From: Bacteroidota bacterium
Lineage (GTDB): Bacteria; Bacteroidota; Bacteroidia; Cytophagales; MED-G16
Length of the DNA stretch: 52,003 nucleotides
Direction of reading: 5' to 3'
Assembly (NCBI GenBank): GCA_036166035.1
Contig: JAYZHZ010000103.1
Span: 1 to 52,003 of the forward strand
Position 1 is the stretch's first letter; each line of letters starts with the position of its first letter. Below the pieces are notes generated by a model. The model searched no databases, was not told the DNA's origin, and saw only the letters and a program-made list of their open reading frames with translations. The position numbers and the translations under genes were made by a program. Of this stretch, positions 44,699 through 52,003 are shown piece after piece.

Positions 44699-46088
44699 AA
44701 TCATACCATCTGTTTGGATGAAGTTTGTCATATTCTTTTCCACTACCTAAATCTAAAAAAACAGGATCAATCATTTCTTTATCCCATTCATTAAATTTAG
44801 ACTTCAATCCTTCATAGATAGATTCTGATGAATTTAAGATATTATTTTCTTCACTTATGTCATTCTTTAAATCAAAAATAAATTCTTCAGATCCGATTCT
44901 TAGATATTTATATCTTTCTCCTCTTATAACATCAATATCTTTATCCCTATTCTGCCAATAAAGAAATTCATGGGGCAATCCATCTTTTTTACCAGTTAAG
45001 TAAGGAATTAAGTTAACTCCATCTATATCTCCATCAACATACTTTTCAGCATTGGCTACTGATGCAGCAGTCGCAAAAATATCGAGAGCTATTATTGGTT
45101 TATCATAAATCGATCCTGGTGTAATTATACTTGGCCACTGCATAACAAATGGAACACGAATTCCTCCTTCAAAAAAATCACCTTTTATACCTCTCAAAGG
45201 TCCATTATCAGAAAAATTGTACCATTCTACTCCACCATTGTCAGAAAAGAAAACTACAATTGTATTATCTGATATTTTTTTCTCCTCTAATTTATCTAGG
45301 ATCAATCCAATACCATCATCCATTGAAGATACCATTGCGGCATATTTTCTCCTTTTTTCTACATCTATATGCATATTTCTTGCTAAATCTTTCTCTGTAG
45401 CTTGTAAAGGTGTGTGTGGTGCATTATATGAAAGGTATAGAAAGAAAGGATTCTGTGAATTATCATCTATAAATTTTACAGCATTATCAGATAATTCTTC
45501 CGTGAGGTATTTGGTCGTGTTAATTCTTTTACCATTATCATAAATTTTTGTGATATAACCATCCATCTGTCTTCTTGCATCAGTCAAATCATTAAGCGTA
45601 AGATCTTCTGGAAAATATCTATGGCCACCAATTAAAAAGCCATAAAACTCATCAAAACCTCTTCTCTCGGGCACAAGAGATTCGTGAGCTCCTAAGTGCC
45701 ATTTGCCTATAGCTTTTGTCTTATAATTAGCCATTTTCAAAACTTCAGGAAGAGTTTGTTCAGAAAGCGGTAAACCCATTGTAGAGTCTTTAGGAGTTAA
45801 TAAAATATTTCTAGTATAACCAAACCTGTTTTGATATCTTCCTGTTATTAATCCTGCTCTACTTGGAGAGCAAACTGCAAATGACACATACCCCTCCGAA
45901 AACACAACACCATTCTTGGCTATTCTATCAATATTAGGAGTGAATATTTCTTTACTACCGTGAAATCCCACATCTGCATATCCCTGATCATCGCTAATAA
46001 TAACAATTATATTCGGAGGTTTTTGATCAATATTATTACAACTTATTAATAATACTAATGATAAAAAAAATAAAAGATGTTTTCTCAT
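44679..46088 (-). CDS. Formylglycine-dependent sulfatase (arylsulfatase A family) lipoprotein
   Basis: 469-aa ORF with lipobox LLISC. Motifs: IIVIISDDQGYADVGFHG, the CxPxR formylglycine motif CSPSRAGLITGR, and GKWHLG. Confidence 0.9.
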   Translation of the reverse strand: MRKHLLFFLSLVLLISCNNIDQKPPNIIVIISDDQGYADVGFHGSKEIFTPNIDRIAKNGVVFSEGYVSFAVCSPSRAGLITGRYQNRFGYTRNILLTPKDSTMGLPLSEQTLPEVLKMANYKTKAIGKWHLGAHESLVPERRGFDEFYGFLIGGHRYFPEDLTLNDLTDARRQMDGYITKIYDNGKRINTTKYLTEELSDNAVKFIDDNSQNPFFLYLSYNAPHTPLQATEKDLARNMHIDVEKRRKYAAMVSSMDDGIGLILDKLEEKKISDNTIVVFFSDNGGVEWYNFSDNGPLRGIKGDFFEGGIRVPFVMQWPSIITPGSIYDKPIIALDIFATAASVANAEKYVDGDIDGVNLIPYLTGKKDGLPHEFLYWQNRDKDIDVIRGERYKYLRIGSEEFIFDLKNDISEENNILNSSESIYEGLKSKFNEWDKEMIDPVFLDLGSGKEYDKLHPNRWYDSNQEKQ

Positions 46089-46091
46089 AAT

Positions 46092-48452
46092 TTACCTTGG
46101 TTTAAACACTTCTCTACTGTGAAGGTTTGATTCAATTTTTTCCTTTGAGTAAAGTAATTGAAAATACTTGTCATTTGCCCAGTCTTGGTATAAATTTCTG
46201 TAAAAAGGGCTACTAGGATTACCAGATTGTCCAGGAGAATTGGTAGCTATTGAATTATCCCAGTCTTTTGTGTCAATTATTACCCTAAAACTTGCTCCTG
46301 ATGACTGGCTCAAATTTGAACCTGTCGATCCGGGAGTATACCCATTCCCACCTCTTGGATATGTTTTAAAACTAAGAATTTTATGAATAGAATCATTTAC
46401 AATATCTTCCAAAGGATGCTTAACTTTTATGTGTTTGTATTTATTTTGACCGTATACCCATTTATCTGTATTATCACCAAATTTTATTTTCAGCTCATTT
46501 ATTGAAGCAATAAATGTCTCTTTAAGAAATCTATTTTTTTCTCCCTCATCCATGTTATAGAGTTTATTCAATATCCTAAATAACTGAACTCTTATTAGTC
46601 CTCTTGCTTCCTCAGGCACATATTTATTATTGAATTCACGAATTATTGCCCTCTCCCAGTTAACATAAATAGTAGCTTCTATTGAATTTTTATCAAGTTT
46701 ATTATCCCACTCAATCAATTTCCATATATAATCATCATATTCTTTCAAGAAATCTTCATCATAGTCAATTAATCTCCCTAACATACCAACAAAATAAAAT
46801 GCAGGAGCAGAATAATAGTCAACTTGTAAATCAATCATATCCTCCATTGTAAACTTATTATTGGATGAAAGAACATCATTGACCCTATCACCTCTGAAAG
46901 GATCCGACCATGAAAAACCAATAGCATTCCACTTATCATAAGAAAGAGGGGTTACATTTTGATTAGCAGTGGCAAAAAATTCTTCACTAGGATTAAATAT
47001 ATTAGGTTTCTCAATTATAGGTAGGTAACCGTCCCACTCGTATTTACCATCACCCATGACCGGGACCATACCACTATGAGTATTTCTAATAGGGGCTATA
47101 CCAACTGCCTGCCATCCTATATTTCCGTCTTTGTCTGCCCATACCATATTCTCGCCAGGTATATTACTGTAATTACAAGCATCTCTAAACTCTTCCCATG
47201 AATATGACTGGTTCATCCTAAGTGATGCAAGATATGGTGACCCACCTACCTCTAACCATCCACATCTAACAGCATAAGCCCTATTTCTCTCTTCATCTAT
47301 TAATGTAACAGGACCATGGACAGAATAGTTTAAATCTATTTCATAATTTTTCTTCCCCTTAACTGGAATCAATTCTTTTATTTTATTAAAATTTAACCAT
47401 TCTCCTTTGTGCCAATACTTATTTGGATCTTCTGGATTTAACTCGTATACATATAAGTCCTCTGCATCGGTTCTAAATACTGTAAGACCCCAAGCACCAA
47501 ATCCATTGTGACCAATAGAAATTCCTGGAATTTCTGGTTCACCTCCCCCAATCACGTCCCAACCTGGGGCAACCAGATGAGTTATATATCTCAGTGAAGG
47601 TGCTACTATTGTTCTATGAGGATCGTTGGCTAAAATCGGAAATCCATTAAATGATTTATTTCCTGATATGGCCCAGTTATTACTTCCGATACTAAACTTA
47701 TCCTCCGTATCCTCCTCTTTCTCTAAAAATGAAATTTCAATATTTTCATTTTTTCTATACTTTTCGAGTAAATATTCTTTTTTAAACTTTATTGGCTTTC
47801 TGAACGCGTTGTATAGTTTTAATATGTCTTTATCTAAGTCATCTTCTCTTATTTTATTATCGAGTTCAAGTGAAGGTTCTTTAGGATGAAACCACAGCAA
47901 ATCTTTTACTTTTTCCTCACCAATTTTTGATACCGCCCTGCCAATATTTAATTCTTCATCTATATTACCTAATAGTCCTTGATGTCTTGATATCACAATC
48001 TCAGGTGTCCAAAATTCAGGTTTCATATTAAGAAGAGAGAACTCTATTGGTAGTTTTTCAGGTTGTTTTCTGACTTCATCTATATATGCATTAACTCCGT
48101 CAGTATATGAGTTTATAATTTCATATCCATCTTCGTGGTAATGATTTAACTCATCCTCAATATCTCCTCTAAACATAAAAAGCCTTGTTCCAATATCTCT
48201 TTCTAGTTCACTCTCACCAAATATTTCAGAAACAGTTCCTGTTGCTTGTCTTCTCCAAATTTCAAACTGAAAGAGTCTATCTTTAGCTGCAAGATATCCT
48301 TGCATGAAGAAAAGATCTCTTTGATTTTTAGCATAAATATGATTAATACCATATTTATCCCTTAATACCTCAACTTTATCACTTAGATCAAGAGTATTGT
48401 TTTGGCTGCAAGAAAAAAGAAAAGTAAATAAGGTTACTGAAAAAAATCTCAT
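46092..48452 (-). CDS. Penicillin acylase family Ntn-hydrolase lipoprotein (penicillin/AHL/peptide amidase type)
   Basis: 786-aa ORF with lipobox FLFSC. N-terminal QGYLAAKDRLFQFEIWRRQATGTVSEIFG. Beta-subunit nucleophile context GSNNWAISG. Confidence 0.8.
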   Translation of the reverse strand: MRFFSVTLFTFLFSCSQNNTLDLSDKVEVLRDKYGINHIYAKNQRDLFFMQGYLAAKDRLFQFEIWRRQATGTVSEIFGESELERDIGTRLFMFRGDIEDELNHYHEDGYEIINSYTDGVNAYIDEVRKQPEKLPIEFSLLNMKPEFWTPEIVISRHQGLLGNIDEELNIGRAVSKIGEEKVKDLLWFHPKEPSLELDNKIREDDLDKDILKLYNAFRKPIKFKKEYLLEKYRKNENIEISFLEKEEDTEDKFSIGSNNWAISGNKSFNGFPILANDPHRTIVAPSLRYITHLVAPGWDVIGGGEPEIPGISIGHNGFGAWGLTVFRTDAEDLYVYELNPEDPNKYWHKGEWLNFNKIKELIPVKGKKNYEIDLNYSVHGPVTLIDEERNRAYAVRCGWLEVGGSPYLASLRMNQSYSWEEFRDACNYSNIPGENMVWADKDGNIGWQAVGIAPIRNTHSGMVPVMGDGKYEWDGYLPIIEKPNIFNPSEEFFATANQNVTPLSYDKWNAIGFSWSDPFRGDRVNDVLSSNNKFTMEDMIDLQVDYYSAPAFYFVGMLGRLIDYDEDFLKEYDDYIWKLIEWDNKLDKNSIEATIYVNWERAIIREFNNKYVPEEARGLIRVQLFRILNKLYNMDEGEKNRFLKETFIASINELKIKFGDNTDKWVYGQNKYKHIKVKHPLEDIVNDSIHKILSFKTYPRGGNGYTPGSTGSNLSQSSGASFRVIIDTKDWDNSIATNSPGQSGNPSSPFYRNLYQDWANDKYFQLLYSKEKIESNLHSREVFKPR

Positions 48453-48456
48453 TCAT

Positions 48457-48487
48457 CTAATCTACAACTATCAAATAAATTTTCAAA
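48457..48487 (-). promoter_or_regulatory. Putative promoter of the acylase-sulfatase operon: TTTG, N19, TAGATTAG; box ends 4 nt before ATG 48452
   Basis: The plus strand reads ctaatcta at 48457-48464 and caaa at 48484-48487. Confidence 0.55.
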
Positions 48488-48504
48488 AAGAAAGAAACCT
48501 TGTA

Positions 48505-49644
48505 TTAATTGTGTGCCTCTATAATTTTTCTAACTAAATCTCCGATTTTCGCAGAATCTATCCACCTTGCTACTATAACAATATCATAATCAGGCACTAT
48601 AACAACATAATTCCCCCCAAATCCTGAACCATAATATATATTTTCAGGAAGATCTTTCCATCTTCTTTCTCCCCTATTTAACCACCACATGTATCCATAA
48701 GAGGGGTTGTTTTCAGATGGGATTGTCATTAACTTAATCCATTCCGATGATAATAGTCTTCTTCCATTCCATACTCCTTCTCTTAAAAACAGCAATCCGA
48801 ACCTGGCATGATCTTGTGAATTAATAAATAAACCTCCTCCAAAATGCCCACCACCACTTACAGATTGAACTTTAATTCCATCCATAATCACCATTGAGTT
48901 TTTATAACCATGCCATCTCCAAGTTGTTGAAGCTCCTATTTCATCCATAATATATTTTTTTAGTACACGAGGTAAAGGTTCTCTAAAAACATTAAGTAAT
49001 GAAAATGATAATAGGTTTACCCTCACATCATTATACTTATACGCCTTACCTGGAGGTAAAATTTTTAGCTTCTTTATTTCTTCTAGACTTAAGCCTCGAG
49101 GTGGTCTATCTGCCCAATCATAAGTACCAAAAAGATTTCCAGACCACTGAGACGATTGATTAAGAAGATGGTTCCAAGTTATGCTGCTGTTATGTGGATC
49201 ATCAAATTTCCCATCCCACACATAATTCTTTAACTTATCATCAAGTGAAATAAGTTTTTTATCAAATGCAATTGCTGCAACGGTTGAAAGATAACTTTTT
49301 GTTACACTAAATGTCATATCTACCCTTTTAGTGTCTCCCCATTTGCCAATTATGTAACCATTTTTAATGATAAGACCATTTGGTGCACCTCTATCTTTAG
49401 TTGGACCCTTAATCTCAAAGTTAGGTTCTCTACCAAAAGATTTAATGATAGAAATTCTTAAATCTCTCTCAACAGAATTCTCATTATCTAAAGCAAATTT
49501 TATTGCTTCATTAATTTTTTCATTATTTAATCCCTGAGTATTGGGTATTTTCTCTATCCATATTTTTTTAGGAAAGTATAAACTCTGAGAAAAGAGATTT
49601 AAGCTAAATAGTAATAACAGAAATATTAACCTCATAATTTGCAT
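48505..49644 (-). CDS. Beta-lactamase/transpeptidase-fold serine hydrolase (class C / esterase-like), secreted
   Basis: 379-aa ORF with a signal peptide (…NLFSQ). SxxK motif (FSVTKS) and YxN (YKYND). The start could instead be the ATG at 49635. Confidence 0.7.
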   Translation of the reverse strand: MQIMRLIFLLLLFSLNLFSQSLYFPKKIWIEKIPNTQGLNNEKINEAIKFALDNENSVERDLRISIIKSFGREPNFEIKGPTKDRGAPNGLIIKNGYIIGKWGDTKRVDMTFSVTKSYLSTVAAIAFDKKLISLDDKLKNYVWDGKFDDPHNSSITWNHLLNQSSQWSGNLFGTYDWADRPPRGLSLEEIKKLKILPPGKAYKYNDVRVNLLSFSLLNVFREPLPRVLKKYIMDEIGASTTWRWHGYKNSMVIMDGIKVQSVSGGGHFGGGLFINSQDHARFGLLFLREGVWNGRRLLSSEWIKLMTIPSENNPSYGYMWWLNRGERRWKDLPENIYYGSGFGGNYVVIVPDYDIVIVARWIDSAKIGDLVRKIIEAHN

Positions 49645-49700
49645 CTAATACATAATGATGTTTTAAAAATAATTATATTGTTATTAATAAGAAAATACCT

Positions 49701-50585
49701 GTGAAAAACATCCTGTTATCTACCTTGATTTTAATAATAACGATTTTTTCCTGTGAAGAAAAAAACAAATACAGTTCTCTTGAAATCAAAGTTAGAGAAT
49801 TACTTGAGTCTCAAAATGGGACTTTTGCAATTGCGTTCAAAAATTTAGAAGATGGGAATGAAATTTTAATTAATGAAGATGAAATCTTTCATGCTGCTAG
49901 TACTATGAAAACTCCAGTAATGATAGAAGTATACAGAAAAAAAATGATTGGAGAAATTTCATTAGATGACTCAATATTTGTTAAAAATGAATTTGAAAGC
50001 ATTGTGGATAAAAGTACTTTTCAATTATCTGAATTTGATGACAGCGATAAAAATACATACGATAAAATAGGAAGATATATTTCACTGAGAGAGTTAGTCT
50101 TTGATATGATAACCATTAGTAGCAATTTTGCCACAAACCTTGTTATAAAGTATATAGGAGCTGAAAATATAAATAATACCATGAGTGATATTGGTGCAAA
50201 AAACATAAACGTACTAAGAGGTGTAGAGGATATAAAAGCGTTTGAGAAAGGACTGAATAATACAACATCTGCCCGAGATCTATTAGTTATTTATGAGAAA
50301 TTAGCTAGCGGAAAAGTATTGAATAGAGATTTGTCAAATGAAATGGTAGAGATATTAAAAAATCAGAAATATGATGATATCATTCCAAAATATCTACCAA
50401 AAGAAATTGAGGTTGCTCATAAAGATGGTTGGATAAATGGTGTTCGTCATGATTCTGGTATTGTATTCTTAGAAAATGGAGTATCGTATGTCTTAATATT
50501 ATTATCTAAAAATTTAGATAATGAATTGGAAGGTGCAGATATGCTTGCAAAGGTTTCTTTAGAAATTTATAACCATATAAAATGA
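49701..50585 (+). CDS. Class-A beta-lactamase-fold serine hydrolase lipoprotein
   Basis: 294-aa ORF. The GTG start is required for the lipobox (TIFSC followed by EE). SxxK (ASTMKT), SxN (ISSNF), and K-D-G in place of KTG (HKDGW). The stop overlaps the next start (ATGA at 50582-50585). Confidence 0.7.
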   Translation: MKNILLSTLILIITIFSCEEKNKYSSLEIKVRELLESQNGTFAIAFKNLEDGNEILINEDEIFHAASTMKTPVMIEVYRKKMIGEISLDDSIFVKNEFESIVDKSTFQLSEFDDSDKNTYDKIGRYISLRELVFDMITISSNFATNLVIKYIGAENINNTMSDIGAKNINVLRGVEDIKAFEKGLNNTTSARDLLVIYEKLASGKVLNRDLSNEMVEILKNQKYDDIIPKYLPKEIEVAHKDGWINGVRHDSGIVFLENGVSYVLILLSKNLDNELEGADMLAKVSLEIYNHIK

Positions 50586-52003
50586 ATTTTTTAGTAAAAT
50601 TAGATAGTTATCAGAAATCGTTACTTTTTACATCATTACTGATAATTATTATTACATCAATAAATACTGAAGCTATAAATATTGGAAATTTTTCATTTCT
50701 CTTTGTCTTATCAGTACTCTTTGGAATATATTACTTTACTTATACTCTATTTAATTACATTTCTTATTCTTCAGTTCAGATAAGTTCAATTCTAATTTTA
50801 ATTTATCTTAAGAAAACAATTTATTCCTCCATCCCAATAGGTATTTATGTATTATTTATATCTATTTTATTTATAACCATATTTTATTTAATAGAAAAAA
50901 AACCTTTAAAACTTTTAATTTATGCAACATTTCTAACTACAATGTCAATATTTTTCTTTAATCAAAAACAAATATTTGTAGAAAAAGAAAATGAAGTATT
51001 TAAACTAAAAAACAGAGGTTTAGGTTTTAATTATTATACCTACGCTGAAGGTAAGGATAGACACAGGAAGGAATACCAAAATCCAGATTTCATATCACCT
51101 GCTATAGACGCATCTAAAATTATGAAAGATGATTGGAATCAATCTAAAATAAAGTGGAGAGAAAAATTTTGGGGCTTTAATAAAAAAAATATTCCTCTTA
51201 ATGGTAGATTATGGGTTCCAAAAGGAGATGGAAAGTTTCCAATAATATCGATAATACATGGTAACCACTCTATGCAAGAATTTTCTGATGATGGATACAA
51301 TTACTTAGGTGAATTTTTATCTGAGAATGGATATATAGTCAATTCGGTAGATCAAAATTTTTTAAATGGATCATGGGATGGTGACTTTAGAGGGAAAGAG
51401 ATGACTACAAGAGCCTGGCAATTTCTTGAGAATTTGCATTATTTAAAAAGTTTAAATGAAGATTCTCTATCAACTCTATTCAATAAAATAGATTTTAATC
51501 AAGTGATTGTTGTAGGTCATTCTAGAGGTGGAGAGGCGGTGAATATAGCATCTAGATTTAATAATTTATCTGCATTTCCAGATAATGGAAATGTAAAGTT
51601 TAATTACAACTTTAATATTATAGGAATTGTTACAATAGCACCAACTGATTACAGATATGATAGAAATTACGATTTAAAAAATATTAACTATATGAGCATA
51701 CAAGGAAGTATGGATTCAGATGAAGAGAGCTTTTTTGGATTAAGACAATCCAATAGAATGTCTAATACCAATGATTCTATAATTAATGTAAATATTTTAA
51801 TAGAGGGAGCTAATCACTCACAATTCAACACATCATGGGGAAGAAACGATACAGGTTACCCTAGTAAATATTTAATAAATAATAAAAATATTATTCCAGA
51901 CTGGTTTCAAAGAAAAATATTAAAATACTATTTGTACAACTTTGTGGAATATATATCTGGAAAAGACTTAAATGCAGATAAGAAATTAATTAAATCTTTT
52001 AAT
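50582..52003 (+). CDS. Membrane-anchored alpha/beta hydrolase, 3'-truncated by the window edge (not in the ORF track)
   Basis: I read the frame from ATG 50582 to 52003 by hand: 474 sense codons, no stop. The N-terminal ~125 aa are hydrophobic (about 4 TM helices). Then LWVPKGDGKFPIISIIHGNH and the nucleophile elbow VVGHSRGGEA. Confidence 0.75.
   Translation, partial: MNFLVKLDSYQKSLLFTSLLIIIITSINTEAINIGNFSFLFVLSVLFGIYYFTYTLFNYISYSSVQISSILILIYLKKTIYSSIPIGIYVLFISILFITIFYLIEKKPLKLLIYATFLTTMSIFFFNQKQIFVEKENEVFKLKNRGLGFNYYTYAEGKDRHRKEYQNPDFISPAIDASKIMKDDWNQSKIKWREKFWGFNKKNIPLNGRLWVPKGDGKFPIISIIHGNHSMQEFSDDGYNYLGEFLSENGYIVNSVDQNFLNGSWDGDFRGKEMTTRAWQFLENLHYLKSLNEDSLSTLFNKIDFNQVIVVGHSRGGEAVNIASRFNNLSAFPDNGNVKFNYNFNIIGIVTIAPTDYRYDRNYDLKNINYMSIQGSMDSDEESFFGLRQSNRMSNTNDSIINVNILIEGANHSQFNTSWGRNDTGYPSKYLINNKNIIPDWFQRKILKYYLYNFVEYISGKDLNADKKLIKSFN

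Noticed and set aside
48505-50585. Calling the two beta-lactamase-fold proteins antibiotic-resistance beta-lactamases.
   Set aside because: SxxK-fold proteins include many esterases, DD-peptidases and amidases. The class-A-like protein has KDG instead of KTG, and no omega-loop Glu can be verified by eye. Only the fold-level call is justified.
1-52003. Search for CRISPR arrays, tRNA/rRNA genes, riboswitches, IS elements, integrases, prophage or defence-system genes.
   Set aside because: The largest non-coding gaps are 125, 108 and 99 nt, which leaves no room for an rRNA gene, CRISPR array or typical riboswitch, and I saw no tRNA-like structure in them. No ORF shows transposase, integrase, nuclease-helicase or other defence-type motifs. 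No direct repeats flank any block.

Overview
Strongly AT-rich, very gene-dense chromosomal segment. Gaps between the CDSs called here sum to about 1.1 kb of 52 kb. I call 36 CDSs, including one the ORF track missed because it runs off the 3' end. I found no rRNA, tRNA, CRISPR array, transposase, integrase or phage genes. There are also no transcription regulators and no SusC/SusD pair. The lineage looks like a streamlined marine Bacteroidota (Flavobacteriia-like). Evidence: one protein ends in a T9SS C-terminal sorting domain, about 16 proteins carry short Cys-lipobox signal peptides, and the intergenic DNA repeatedly matches the Bacteroidota promoter layout TTTG-N19-TAnnTTTG. About two thirds of the proteins are exported or membrane proteins with a degradative profile: GH20 hexosaminidase, an HGSNAT-like acetyltransferase, a sulfatase, a PIG-L deacetylase, two DUF1080 proteins with a Tat-exported Gfo/Idh/MocA oxidoreductase, three large Asp-box (sortilin/VPS10-like) beta-propeller proteins, an S9 peptidase, DUF885, a penicillin-acylase-family hydrolase, two beta-lactamase-fold hydrolases, gluconolactonase, and gntK with a GntP permease. 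The most interesting signals: (1) a conserved start-proximal cassette ATARTTGTAGRTT heads four operons, with 15-19 nt exact identities, and its geometry implies leaderless or near-leaderless mRNAs. (2) A kinase / class-III aminotransferase fusion resembles the hydroxylysine-kinase/phospho-lyase pair and has an A12 slippage tract exactly at the domain junction. (3) A tightly packed GH20 / HGSNAT-like / exported ADP-ribosylglycohydrolase-fold / lamin-tail-domain / methyltransferase operon. (4) A DUF1080 plus Tat-oxidoreductase module suggests oxidative, GH-independent glycoside cleavage. All family assignments come from motif reading by eye; no database search was run.
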